DNA of 59,469 bases, counting the filler, from Sphacelaria rigidula (Eukaryota): assembly GCA_964200075.2 (NCBI GenBank). It is 4 parts of 4 records of this genome, joined end to end, with 100 filler letters (N's around TTAATTAATTAA, not from the genome) between each part and the next. Parts side by side here need not be neighbours in the genome. Positions count along the whole stretch, not along the records: positions 1 to 14,794 come from CAXNAA020002044.1; 3 more parts are not named here. The stretch is one strand, 5' to 3'. Under the pieces are notes generated by a model that was not told the origin of the DNA, ran no database searches, and saw only the letters and a program-made list of their open reading frames with translations. Positions 1 to 13,654 of the stretch are shown here, in pieces. Position numbers and translations under genes: made by a program. The stretch's first letter is position 1, and every line of letters starts with the position of its first letter.

Positions 1-1449
1 AGGGATGCGAGGTCAATGGTCTTATGACTATAGCACATGCATGATCATGATTACACCCCCTACGAGATCATCGCAGAAGAGGTTTTTCAAAATCTCATTT
101 TGCTTGCACAGAGTTCCTGCGATGCACCAGAAGACACTTCAAGGCGCTCGACCCGGTGAATACAGCGAAACTGGCTCATGCGCATGCTCTGCATGCAAAC
201 GGAAAGTACTTAATTCGTGAATTTCAGCGGCATTTTCCAGCAACAACACTAAATCTTGTTCCTAAGTGGCAACCTGTTTTTGCATGTTAAAGCGATGCAC
301 TAAGCGCTACCTGGAAAACTCTCGCTGTCCAAGGTTGTAAGAATGCCCATGATAGTTTACGATTTGCCAAGTACAGCCAAGTACAAGTACAGACAGTACA
401 AAAACACGCTTGCCGTCACGAACAAGTACGATTTTGAACTGCAACCGTTGCTTTTGTGTGCTCCCAGGAGAAGTAGTAAGGCAGACCTCGGCCCTCGTCT
501 CGTCGGGTGGTATTTGCTGGCACAGTAAGCTCGAAACGCCGTCTTCCTCTGACAATAATTGATGCCCCTGCAAACTTTCCTCCCTTTGAACCTCACAAGA
601 GAGATGGTGCTAATTGCCAGAAGACATGATTCCAAGCTTCCACAGCAGTTGACACCTCAACTAAAACTTTCATGAATCGGAGTGTCTGCTCCAACGCGAC
701 TCACAAATCAAGTGCAAAGCTCAACGTTTCACCCTTGAACGTGCTGCTGTGTATAGCACAGCACAGTACACAGAAGAAGTCCTTCCTACGCCACGGCACT
801 GTTTTACATTCAGTAGTCAAGGTCTGCAACCGGCAATTGTACTCTTCTGTTTTCAATGTACTTCTTGAACGACTCCGAGGTTTGTTGGATGAAGGCCAAC
901 ACATCGGTTTTGGGGGCAGAGACGTTGCACACTCGACTGGCATCCCGTCAGGGTGAACTGCCCGCCAGTTAGCGAGCATATATGTACTTCATGTGTAAAA
1001 AGCGAAATATGGTTAGAGCTTTTTGCACGATCGTACATGTTTTTTTGGAAAATGTCACGTTATGAGGCCGTTTTATGCAACAGAAAGTGCCGGAAATTTC
1101 GTGCGCGGAAAAAAACTCGCCAGGATTTCCAATAGTGAACTACACTTTCGATTACCCAAAAGTAATGACCAGAAGCGCTTCCCTCCTCTACTTTGATGGG
1201 CCCCTTGTAAGCATAGCTGCACCACCGCTGTCTCGTCAACGAAATGTAGGATGCACAACGCACGCCGCTATACGCGATGATCATAGGCACGCAAGTGCAG
1301 CGGGAGCAGTGACAAACATTCTGCACTGTTGGAGTTTCGACATTGATTGTAACGAAAGGAATAGAAGAGCGATGCTACGGTAGGGGTGCACAAATGTTTT
1401 GAGGTTAGAATTGTTGGGAGCCCTTTGTCTCATCCAAAACACGACTTAT

Positions 1450-2020
1450 TAAATATGTTGGAGTACTCCAGGATCACTATTCCAATATGCTAGGGGTATC
1501 CTGGATGAATTTGCAAACGAGGATGCCCTGATCCATATTCGTGTGCATCTAGAATCGTTAGGAGCACCTGAACCAGACAAGACTTTGAGCAAAAAGTGTA
1601 CCCCTACCGTAGCGTTGGTGAGAAAGGATAACAAGAACACAAACAATATGTCGTGATGAGCAAGGAAACTACAAAAGGCAAGGACGGAGAAATGCCCCGC
1701 CCGTGCAACATGGCTTCCGGGGAAAGTCTTTGTACGGTTGAAACCCTATGGTGGGATCTTCGTAGCCGAAAGACGACTGTATTATCAGCAAACGCTGGCG
1801 CTGATGTGGATTGCCGTGGCTCTCAAAGTACTGGATATACTTGCTCTCACGAGTGGTCATACTCGCTACATGCTGTAGTTTTCTCTGGAGAAACGGTGGT
1901 AAACCGAAAAACAGCGTACAGCACGAAAGCCAGCGTTGTTCGCCATCATTTACCAAAATACGGAGGCGTCATAAAGTGTAATAAATATATCTTTAAATGG
2001 CCAGCGCTTAGGACGTAAGA
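1450..2020 (+). pseudogene. Possible decayed transposase relic (MULE/SWIM-like motif)
   Basis: Broken coding-like sequence containing VDCRGSQSTGYTCSH, reminiscent of the SWIM CxCxxxxxxGxxCxH motif. Weak. Confidence 0.25.
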
Positions 2021-2078
2021 ATGGCTAACTGACAGAGCGTTCTCGTGAAAATAGAGAGTCTGGGCAGCTGTTTTTTTT

Positions 2079-3422
2079 TAGGGTTGTGAACTGGCAGCTC
2101 TGGCAAGTTAAGTGTAAACTGGCCACGCCAGTGGCCAGTACATCGACATTGTTGCAGGTATCTGGGAAAACATCTACGGCGAGCGGTGAAGCCACAAGCT
2201 CCAACGCCCCCCCCGGTCGGTGAGGGGACTTAGCGGGACCGCCGCCGGAGGCAGGAAAAATTGGGGTATCTGGCTCGTATTCCCTTCAAAAATGTGAACA
2301 GTTGTCAAAACTTTGACCCCTCACATTGAGGAGAGAAGAAGCTTAGATAACATGAAGATCTCATACAAAGCGGCGAGAAAGTCGAAATAATTTATTTGTT
2401 GCGTGGAGCAGCACAGACCCTCTGTGAGGAGTGGAGGATCGGAGCATGCTGGGAACCCAAGGCTGACAGCACGTGGGAATGAGAGCGCAAAATTATTACG
2501 TCCGTGCCAAAAAACACGCATGCAGTTGAATAGAAAGCCATGAGGTATTTTGTGTTTTATGATCGCGGGTTACCGTTTGATATTATTGTCTACGGATGTC
2601 GTGCGATGAAACGACAAACCTTGGCATATATCCATTATGCAACTTCGAGGTGTAGTGAGCATGTGCTGCATCATGTTTAAAACGCTCTTCATCACGCAAT
2701 TGGCACTTGGCAATCAGGCTTTAGTGTTCGGCAGTTCCATATCAAGCGTCCCGCCGTATATAAGTCACAACTCCCTTTTCTGTCTTGATTTTCCTTATTA
2801 GACAGACCAGCTGTCGACGTACACGCTACGTCCGAAAAAAGTGGAAAACTGCAGAACCACGAGGAACCAACGAAGCAGACGGGACGAGAAAAACATAAAA
2901 CACCTGAAGTAGTCAGCTAATGACTGGCCCAGGGCAAACCAGTTCTTCATGTGCTATGGTACTGCCGCAGAACACCAGTCCTATGCTGTATACAAGTCTA
3001 CCGAAACACGGAAGATGAAGCACAAAGCTGTGCACCGCTGCTCCACGCGTCATCGACGCAAACAATTACCGTCGATGCCCTCGAAGCGACCTCCGTCTCG
3101 ATTGATACCTCATATTCCTCTGCAGCTGCTAAGTGCAGGCGTCAATTTCACAGTAATTACGACGATGGTTAAAATTACGACCAATCAGATCGCGAGTTTT
3201 GTTGTCGAACGCACTTTTTCGATCGAAAGCTCACGTGCTAAGGCAGGCCTTAAGCAACTTGTTGTAAATTCACCAAAGTAAAATTGGTATAAGAATAGGC
3301 GGTAACGGCAAACCTCAAATAAACTTGATAAACTGGATAAACTGGCGCCCTCGTCGCCATTTCCAGTTTGACTCCAGTTCCAGTTTAATCGAAGGTATGA
3401 ACTGGTCCAGTTCATAGCCCTA
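2079..3422. mobile_element. Non-autonomous hAT-like DNA transposon (~1.3 kb)
   Basis: TIRs TAGGGTTGTGAACTGG ... CCAGTTCATAGCCCTA, with subterminal AACTGG/CCAGTT repeats. Both sides are flanked by G(T)8, a TSD of 8-9 bp that is ambiguous because of the homopolymer. Confidence 0.7.
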
Positions 3423-6384
3423 GTTTTTTTTCGCACTTCAGGGTCAGGACGGAAGGGGAAAAGTCGGTTACGGCACGAATTCGACCCTGAAGAAAAATTC
3501 AGGATGAACATCCAGGATCAGAGTCTTTAGCTTACCCCTCCATCCTGAAGTCTGAAGTGCCGCTTTAGAACTAAGGATTGGATGAAGAGGAATCACCACC
3601 ACTCCCATCGCCACTGTCACAGCCAGTTCATAAGCAATACACGCCAAAAACAACGTGGGATATCCGTTGTAAGTGCCGTCCTCATCACAATCGATCAGTC
3701 ACGAAGCTTCAATGCTTCACATCACAGAGAGGCCATCTCCCTGCCGCCGTCATGGTATCAGCGTTCGCTTGGTCGTGTTGCGTGAAATCGAAATGTTCTG
3801 TGCCCACGAAACGTTTGCCAGGCTGTACAGTGGTGGGCGGTCTAACTATTTAGGGTGTTTTGGGGTTTTCCTCGCATACTACTTTTCGATAGAACTCGAA
3901 ATTGCTAGCGTCGGTAGATTTTGGTACAGCAAAGCAGATCATCCTCGAAATACAGTGCCCAAGTCAGTGTTAGTGTTATCGGGCGAAACGAGTAAATACC
4001 CCGTTCATCAGGAGGGTGTTATTGACCGCGAACCACAGTTTTTCGACCCTAGTGCAATGAGTAGGCAGAATCTCGAGAAAATAAAACTGTACATTCCCTT
4101 ACAAATACGATCGGGACGGACTCGATCGACCGAAAATACAGAAGAGTAAGAACCTGGGCTGAAACGTAGCAGGACCCCCGATGACCGGTCAGCCCGCAAG
4201 TCACTCAATATTGGGTACAGAAGATTTTTTCCTCTTGAAATGTGGAGCAGGTACAAATATCTTCAGATGCCAGATGTGATGGACGGTGGCAAGCGAAAAG
4301 AGCCCAAGAAAATCGCCAATTACGAGAAAATCACAAAATATCACAAAATGAATAGTTAGACCGCCCACTACTGTAGCTCCTCACTGTTGCTAGTCTTGCG
4401 TATGTTCAGTTGGAGGAAGACGGTGCGAACGATTCGTAGTCTACCGCGCAGCAGCAATGCTGCACTGCCGTGCCATGAGAGATCATGACGTCTTGCACCA
4501 CCGTAGTGGGTGGCATGGGGCAAAATTGTTGCCATGTGGCTTTGTCTGTTATTTGATTTGAAGCACTGCTGTGGTGTATATTCTACTCTAACGGAACGTA
4601 CCGCAATGAACTATATTTTTCTTTATTGCACTGTTTTGTATTGAAGTGTACCGTACTGCGCTGTCGTACTCTGTACTGCTCTGCACTGCACTGTAGGTAA
4701 GTGCACTATAATGTACGGTACGGCACATCAACAATGTACTGTCTGTTCTCGAGGCTGACTACTTTGCCGTGTTACTGTGTTGACTTCTGCACTCTCCAAT
4801 CGGATGGTTGATCGCATATTTGGCGGGGCAACCCATGACCAAACACTGAGAATAATTAAAACACATCACGCCACCTTCCGTCCTGAGGTTTTCAGCTTAT
4901 CAGTCCTGCACCAAAAGAAAAAAAAACAATTCTTTCGGCACAGAATTGGACCTCTTTTCATCCCCTCGCGCACTGCTGCAACGCCCAACCCCGGATCTAG
5001 ACGCATGGACTTGTTGATTGTGGTCTACATGAGATGTCAGCAAACTTTCAGGGCATAGCAGCGACGACAGCGCGCGCATGATCGTACCTTCTGGCCTGAG
5101 GATCTCTACAGTAGATACCGGCATGGGTTTTTACATATGGTCATTATCCACAGGCGGCGGCAGAAATGATCTATGTTTGTTTGCGAGCACTTCAGCCTAC
5201 CAGGTGGTCACGATGCGGAAGTGAGTGCGCCATCACGTCCACATGTGCACTCACCCACGGTACACAGCATCTCGGCCGCCAGGTAATGGTTTTGAGGGCA
5301 TACAAACGGTATTGTCCAAAACTGGAATTCGCTTCGTTTAATTTTCTCGGGGGAGGAAAGTGGCTGAGCTCCGGTACAAACACTAGCTGTGGTGTGCGCG
5401 ATTGGTGCACCAAGTTTCACGTGGGTGCCTGCAGCAGCAGTCGAGAACTTCACAATCAAAAATTAAGTGCAAAAGTCGAAAATGGCACCGGTCAACCGTC
5501 GAAAGATACACCAGCTGCAGTTACGCCGCATAATCCTCGTACGAAACCATACAAGGGAACAACCGCTGCTTGCCAGCACTGTGGATTTGGCTTCGCCACA
5601 TCGCCCCGCCAACCGATATGCCATCAATCATGTCGGCATTAACAGGGCATGCGCATCTAGTGCTGTGTTCCTGATGCACGCCGTATTGAGCTGCAGGCGA
5701 TGGAATACTGTACACGATGGCACTGCCGAGCATGGTACAGACAGTAGCTTTGTACAGTAGTAGTCACACATCAGAAAAAGGGGTGCAGCACATGACATAT
5801 TTTTCATACTGTGTAGTTTATGTGAAGTTTTCAGTGATGAAGGCGCAATTAGCTGTGCAAGGCATGCATGCACAAAAGTGTGTCGTGTTACTTGCTCGTT
5901 GAAGCAAATGACCTAATTCTTTTTTATGTGGATTGAATACGTCGTGCACTAGCCGGAACGCGTCCTTTTGGTCTGGTGCCCTGAGCGGGGTCGTCACCTA
6001 TCGGCGTTGCATTGTGCACGAGATGCACCAATGAAGAGCACCACAATTCATACCACTCCACGCGGGAAATCATCACTTTTTTAGCCAGAAATCTACACGC
6101 ACGATCCCGCCTTGAGCAAAGCTCGCAAGCGATGCCACGTGCTGGGCCAATGCTCCCTTGTGTCAGGCCCGCTGCTCGTGTGAACGTTGTCTACTTCACG
6201 GCTGATATCAGCCGAATGCTTGTCAAATGGTTCTTCTATGCGGGCATGCCGGTATTGGATTGTTTTATTTTATTTTGGCGCAGAACTGTTAAATCCTGAC
6301 TTTTTTAAAGCTGTCATCCCGAAGTTGTCGCGTCCTGATCCTGGAACAAATTTTGAATTTCCCGCAGCTCTACCGTATGATCTT

Positions 6385-6468
6385 GAACTAGCGCCAACAC
6401 TAGCGCGCCAACACTAGCGCTAACGTTAACGTTAACGCTAACCCTGACCCCGACCCTGACCCCGACCA
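6385..6468 (+). repeat. Degenerate interstitial telomere-like hexamer array
   Basis: ACTAGC...GCTAACGTTAACGTTAACGCTAACCCTGACCCCGACCCTGACCCCGACC. Confidence 0.55.
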
Positions 6469-7880
6469 AGGCATACGAGAATCCCCGGGCAAGGGGGGGG
6501 CAAAGGTTGCTGAAGGCGACATGTGGGTTGGCAGACCTTGAATGGGCAATTCAGAGAAAAACACGTTCCAGGCAAGCTTGAAGCACTCGGGACTGTCAGC
6601 CACTATGAAGATCCGAATATCGGTGTCCCTTTGAAATCAAGTAATCAATCGATCTCACGAACACCTACTGGCCTCTACAGTACAAAAAGCAGGCACTTGC
6701 TCGGTCGCTAGGAGAAAGCTGTGAACGCACGAGAAAAAGTGTTGCAAACACTTCCCCCCCCCCCCCCCCCCCAATTCTCCCAAGGGCCGGGGAGGAGGGG
6801 GGTGGGAGGGGTGGGGGGAAGGAAAGCATTGGCTCTTGTGTGACAAATCTTTCGAGCCCCCGAGGAGTCCAGAACCGATTTCTGTGTGTATGTACGAGTA
6901 TCCACAACGGGTTTTGAGGGTTCGACAACCCCGTCTCTTTTTATATGTTTATGATATCCATTTTCTCCATAACTACGATGTTATTGCGGCTAAAACTTAT
7001 ATTGCTGGGAAGATCGCGTCGAAACTTGTCTGCATTCAGCATCTGTTAACGAGGCAGGGCGTTTTCTATCCAGAAAATGGACTCTGAAAATTAATCGTCG
7101 CCTAGTTGAGTTTGGAATCAGAGTGGAAGAAAACTTGATCCCTCACCACTTCAGCCATGCTCGCTCGAGGGGCCGCTATCACCACCGTGTCATTCTTATG
7201 CTCTTGCGCCATAACTTCTTCACTAGCTACCTATGCCTCCTTACTTATCCTTCCCCCTGTTTCCCCCCTCCCTCCCAGATGCACCTCTGCTTCTGTCTGC
7301 CTGTCTCTCTCTCTTGCTCCCGCTGTCAGCTATCCTCAGGTCTCCGTAGTTGATCCTGCCAAGATGCGGGGTAATAAAAAGGTTCCAATGCCCTTGAATT
7401 TGGTTCAGTTCTGCTTCAGGTTTAAAAAACTGTGGGTGCTGGGCAGTACTCGTACAGCGGATCGTTGCAACAGCTGTGTTGTCTCAGGATGTCGACTTCA
7501 CGAGAGTATACTCAGCACGAGAGGGAGGGCGAGAGAAAACGATGGTGGAATCCCCTCCGTATCTTCGGTCGGGGTGGGAAGCCTGACTCGCAAATACAGG
7601 TGGAGTGGTCTATGTATGGCGAAATAAATGTCTCTCGAGTGTCGGATGTCGACTATATTCTGTACTGCCCTGTTGTACTACGGGGTATCGTGCAACTCTA
7701 AGGTTTCCACAGTGGTGCTCCTTGGGGAGGGTTGTCAACCAAGGAATGACGTTCACAACGATGACAATGCACTGTTGTAATATTTTGCGATTTGGCTTTT
7801 TTACATAGAAGTATTGCAAAAAGTTGCGGGCAAACCGCACGGCGTGCTGTAGTGTACCAGTACCTGTGTTGTCTGTGAAG

Positions 7881-8275
7881 CAGGGTTAGAAAAACTCCAC
7901 GCGGGCTTGCGCTGGCGCAGATTATGAAGGAAAAGTGGCCGATGCGCAGCTGCTGGGAGTTTCTCTCTGCGGCTTGTTGCAGGAAAAAAAATCGGGCCGC
8001 ACTTTTTCGCCTTCGACGAAAAAAATCTGCGGCCCTCTTATTTTCGCCGAAGGCGAACTGTTTGTCTGGGTGTTTTTTTTCGCCGCGAGGCTCACACCGT
8101 CGAAATACCCCCATTTTGACAAAAGCTACGCGTCTTTTGGAAAGGAAAACACCCAAAAAATTCGCTCCGCGGGGTCCCTCCGAGGGGGGCCTACGCGGCC
8201 GGCGCCCTCCGGGGGGGCCCTGCGGGGGGGCGCATGTCGCCTTCGGCTCCCGCCTGCGTAGTTTTTCTAACCCTG
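7881..8275. mobile_element. hAT-like MITE (~395 bp)
   Basis: 16-bp TIR CAGGGTTAGAAAAACT ... AGTTTTTCTAACCCTG. Imperfect 8-bp TSD CTGTGAAG/CTGTACAG. GC-rich internal CCCTCCG..GGGG motifs. Confidence 0.75.
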
Positions 8276-11200
8276 CTGTACAGGACAGTCCAGCCGTACA
8301 ACACAGTATGCAAGCAGCAAAAAAGTGAAGCCGCCGCACAGTAGTAACAACGGCCCCAAAGCTGTGTGCCCGGAATCCACCACGGCGCAGCATGCACAGA
8401 CGACAACTATATTGCAAATACTGAAATCCCACACAACAACCATCAACACGTTATATCCAACTGTCGTGATGCTGCCCGGGGGAGAGCTAAGACCAGTACC
8501 TGCGGTGGAGGAAATGAACCATACAAGTGAAGTGTATCCAGACAAACGAACTCAATCAGCAGACGAAACGATCTGGCGTGAACAAGAAGGCACAGTGCAG
8601 CAAGCCGCACGTGGAAAGATCCATCGCAAACCGCCAAAACGTGAGGACTTACGAGGGTACCGGCTGATCTTGCCGCAGCGCCCCCGTGGCCCAATGATAC
8701 GGACCTCTCTGCGAGCTTGCAAGCCGTCCAGAACAGGCTGTTGCTGTGCACGCTGCGGCCTTCGGGCGCGTCTAAATGAGTTGGGAAGAGTTGTGCTGTG
8801 CTCTTTCTCAGGTTGCAGCTCCATCGGCTATGTGAACAGTCAATCTTCGATCTCGACCGTACGTTGATCTCGTGAATGGTGCTTGTGCTGAGAGTCGTGT
8901 TGGTATTTTCTCGGCAACCCTCGTTTACTGATACTAATCCCGAGTTTCGACGGCGTGGAGAGCAACTTCAGCCAACAGTTGAAGCACCTACAATGGTTTT
9001 TTCTTCGTGGGTGATGTTTTCGGTACCGTGTGTTTTCGATTTGTTCGCACAGCGAGCAGGGTTCACGTTGATAGATGGTGCATCCGTCGAAACGACGCCC
9101 GCCCAACGACCAGACACCGCAGCACATGACGGCGATTACTGTAAACCCTTCGGTCTCGTGCTATGAATCAGCCGGCTTGTTTCCTGCGGACTCCGTGCAG
9201 TGCAGTCTTCACAACGAAACGGTTCAGTCCGTGCATGTAGTTACCCGCTCGAACGGACCATGCCTTCGACTACAGGGCACGTTTGAGATATGAATTGTGT
9301 CAGTGTGGCATACGCTTTGATCATAGTGACCAAGGGCTTGGTGAAGGATCATCGCTGCAAGTTTGGAGCATCACACTTTTTAAACCTCAGTGCTCGCCCT
9401 TCGAAGCTGTTTCCAGGCCTTCACTTGACCTTCGGTGTGTTGAAGTTGTTGCCCCTCGGGGTCTTTAATGTCGTGAGGTCAAGTTATTGACGGCAAAACC
9501 CTTTGATGAGCAACTGCCTCCTGCGCTGTGCGCCCCTTAGACCCGAGGAAAGGGCATAATGATTTCTGACTTGTACAATGAAGAAAACAAATGTACGCCA
9601 TTTATTCCCTGACGTTTTTCTTTTTGTGTTTATCCAAGAACATACTTTTGCCGAAAAAGTAAAATGACCCTCACTGTATACTACATCAGACGTTAGTCCA
9701 ATTGCACATATCAAATGATATACCATGGCACATCGTGTTGCCTGACTTCTCGATCTCTCCTTTTTGCAAGCAGCCCGTGCTCGCTCGAGGTATAGCTTCG
9801 GACGTGATGGTGGTGGTGCAATTCCGGCCGGCCTGGGAGATACAGGCGTACCTTCGCTTCGCACGCCTGCCGTACCGGTATGTGTGTGTGTGTGTGTGCG
9901 GCCGGCTCAACGGCTTTCCGGGGTTCTACAACGGTAGGAGCCCTACGCCACTCGCTGTTTATCACCGTAACATACCCAGCTTTGCTTTTACGAAATGGCA
10001 AAACGCTCATTACGCCGTTTCAAGTCAACGGTTTTGCCGGGGTCAGAATTTCGCGAAATTGATGCACCCTGAGTGTAGTCCGTGCGTCTCCTGGAACACA
10101 CACTGCTACTTTCGATCCTCCAAAGCAGCTGACTGTGCACACGAACTGCCCCTCGGTGAACGCGTCTTACCTTCATCAACCTCGATGGTGGGGATTGTTC
10201 AGGATACTCACAAACTCCCAAAAAGATCGGTCCGTGTAGTTTGTTGCAATTTGACTCTCTGATTAGCCGCACTGTAATGTAGTGCACTGCGCTGTACCTT
10301 TTTTTTTGTCCCTGAAAGGAAGGAGAAAAGCTGATCCAAGACTTACCCCGCACGCGGGTTCGTGTACCGATTACCCGGAGGCTCGGTTAGACTGCCTCAT
10401 GGTAGTCATGTGGGGTAGGCCTCTAGAGCGTTCATAAGCTTTGCTCAAAACAGTGTAGTCGTCCGACCCACTAGAGACCTGTGAACTTGACGCAGTGTAC
10501 GCGCCGTCCTTCTCTCTTGAACTTCGGCCCTAGCACTGTGTCCCACACGTTACCCTATTTAATGCAGAAAATTCGGCCGCCGCCGGCTCACGTACAGTAG
10601 TTCTGGCACGCTTGTGCAAGACCTCTCGCACACCCTGTGAATAAGAGTGGTGACCCGTCTGGGATCTACAGGTGGGCACACCGCCCTGTCCTTGTGACAC
10701 GAAATTAAGCCCAGGTCGGTGAAAGCCGAGCGTATCGCTCCGCTTCCAGGGGGTTGGTGGGATGCCAAGTCAACATCAGGAAGATTTCGGTATACACTTT
10801 CATGATCGAACCCCGCTGCTTCCTGCTAAAGTGACAGAGCGAAGCACCCCCGGGTGGTTAGCAATTAGTTCTACACGTCTTTTGCACTGTCCCGCATATA
10901 CGTTTGTTACACTCGCGTGAGACAATATGATGTATATCAAACACCCCCCCCCCTCCCCTCCAAGGTCAACGGCCATGTGACTGCGGCATGCAAGATCATG
11001 AGTACCCCCCCCGTTCCCCCTCCCCTCCTTCTCCCCCGCCCACTCGCTCTGGTGCGTTACTTCAACACCTGCTCGGCCTTACTCAGGGTGGAGAACAGCC
11101 GTTACCCGGGCTCTGAGTCGACTGGTTTGTATCCCGCTCTGATCGATGGGCAGTTCATCGTTCCCGGCCCAGAGGCACCCCTTCACGTGGCCAGGATGCG

Positions 11201-12394
11201 ATGGGATCTAGACCGGAACCTAACAGAGGAAGAGAGGGTGCGGCGATAGCGTTTAGATACCAAGCGGGTGGTGAAGCAGGAGCCACTATACGACAGTCGT
11301 GGTGCCTGAAAGATATCTGTGCTTGTGATCGGTGTGAAGAAGCGTGGAGCGCGATAGAAGGAATTTTCTCTAGCGTTTGCTGAGGTAGCACGCCATATGC
11401 AGTGCATATCAGTGAAGTACCCAGATTCTTTGCAACAGCATGTAGCCGGCCTTTTTTCCGCTTCAAAAATCGATTTCTACTGTCCGAACCGTGCGCTTTC
11501 ACGAAATAGACGTTGAAAAATATTGCGTATTGTGTGAGGTTGGTACGATCAGCACCGCAGTTCGACCTCCCTGAAGCCCTCTGTACCTGAAGCCTCTCTT
11601 GATATTCTCGTACCGTGGGGGGCTGGAGATGCGGGTCCTCATTTGAGGCTAAAAATCAACTTGATAGGGAAGATTTGCTTGTTGTTTCGATTCCAACGAC
11701 ATGACATTGTTTCTCCACACTGCAGCGTATCGTAGTTTCTTGTTGAAGAGGCAGAATAGCGCACCTTCATTTACTCGACACAGCTACTGACTCGAAGGTT
11801 GTACTATGTATAGCACAACATCCTGAGCATTTTATCACCACACCGGCTGTCGGTTGAAGCATCGCACAGCGTACTGAGCAGGAATTCCGTCATACAGTTG
11901 GACAGTATAGAGACATGGTGGCTGCACGGAAGGGTATGAAATTTGAGGGTCCTGATGGTTACATAATGTACGAGGGTAGTACCCTATCGTGGAATCTTTT
12001 GTTGCATCAGGAGCAACATCCCCGTGCAGTTTCCGTCCAGGGCCCGTCGTGCTATTATGTTGCCAACACCATCCCGCATGAAAGGATCATGGCGTGTCGT
12101 TGAAGGATCTATCATGACGACCGGTATCGCGAGTCCGGCAGCCATTCCATGGTATTTTGTCATATTCCACACCAAACGTACGACGAACCGTTGGGGTCAC
12201 TGAGGGGTCTGCGTCGTTTACCTGGGTGAACCAGAAGCACGTGTGCGCACACTTCTACTCTTAGGGTAGTCTCTTAGTAATGCTACTGATTTTGTTGTAA
12301 TTTTGACTCGTCAATCAACGGCTAGATTCATTGCGGATTCAAGTCAAATGTGCGAAACGGTATGGCCCATGCCTCTTGTTTTTTTTTCTCGTTC

Positions 12395-12628
12395 TTAAAA
12401 CCAGCCCAGAACTGCCACGAAGAGAATAGTCATGCCGCGCCTGATGTTTGGTTTCAGGCTGCATGCAGCGCCTCATATGGGCGACATTGGCGGAAACGAA
12501 CCCAAGCGTGAGAATTCCCAGCTACTCGTTGCACTCGGCTGTTTTCATTTCGATTTACATGTAGTTTTTTCCTCCCGAAACCACTTTTTTTTTTTTTTGG
12601 GGGGGGGGGGCTATCGTAGGAATTGTCC
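12395..12628. mobile_element. Second, inverted, partial copy of the 13986-14235 MITE
   Basis: Reverse-complement similarity: GGCGACATTGGCG..AACGAACCCAAGCGTG here vs CACGCTTGGGTTCGTT..CGCCAATGTCGCC in the first copy. It ends GGGCTATCGTAGGAATTGTC. Confidence 0.7.
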
Positions 12629-13654
12629 TCTACGAGCTCCGCTTTAGTATTTTTTCTCGACTCTTTCCCATTCTCCCCCTTGATCGAGTTTTCGTAGCCA
12701 GTTTTCGTTTGTTTTCACCTTGGATATATACATGTTGCGACCACGGTTATGTTCGTAGCTGATTAGTTGATGTGAGACAACAAACCCAAATTCAATCGAT
12801 CCAAGCCAAGCAAAGCGAACGCCACTTGTCCTTGTGTGTATGTATGTTGGGCTTCTGTGTGCATTTTGAGGTCAAGCATCCATCGCTGTGATTTTTTGCG
12901 GGTTTACATAGCCCATGCGGTATTCCGGGCACAGGCGGAGACGCAGGCATTCGTTGTTCTGGTGAGGGAGGGATTGCAGCCGTTGCTCAGGGTCATCCGC
13001 TACCGGGCAGGACCAAGCGCCGTCAGTCAAACGGTGGGTTTATTGTTTCAATCTGTCTTGAGGCACATGTGGCTTCGTTGCTGCTTCTGCGCCCCACGGA
13101 TAAATTGGGGTAGCATTATCATTGCTGTCGTACTATTTGGTAGTAGTACTTGTAGTAGTACTTGTAGTTGCATTTGCAATTGCAGCTGTTGTCTTTTACT
13201 ATGCGTCTCAATACCCGCCCGCGTACCTTCATGGAATACGCGTGTTGAATGATCCTGGCACGCACCGACCAATCATTCGATATATGCACCAGCCCCGCCC
13301 TGAGACACAAAGTTTGAGGACACTTCGTGCGCAGCGCAGCCGTAGATGAAGTCGACCGATCCGTGCATTCGCTGGATGCGCCGCGTGATTCGGAACTATG
13401 TTGCACAAAAGGGGGTCGATGCGCTTGAACCCGCTCATAGTCGGTGGGCACGACTTGAAACTGCAACTGTCTCCTTGCCTGTATCTGGCGCTCAACTGTT
13501 GCATTGTCGTAGGTTCATCGTGCGAGCGTTTTAGTCATCGCGTCCAACCCATATTTGTAGCCGGAACCCGTCCATCCTCCCTCTGTGTTTATTACACAGC
13601 CCTCACTGCTAAGGTGCCATCAGACTGTCGACTTTGAATTTTGCCCCCCCCCTC

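Noticed and set aside
7698-8432. 244-aa ORF (longest in the track) and its overlapping plus-strand ORFs
   Set aside because: It spans a GC-rich hAT MITE and has no protein-like motifs or splice structure.
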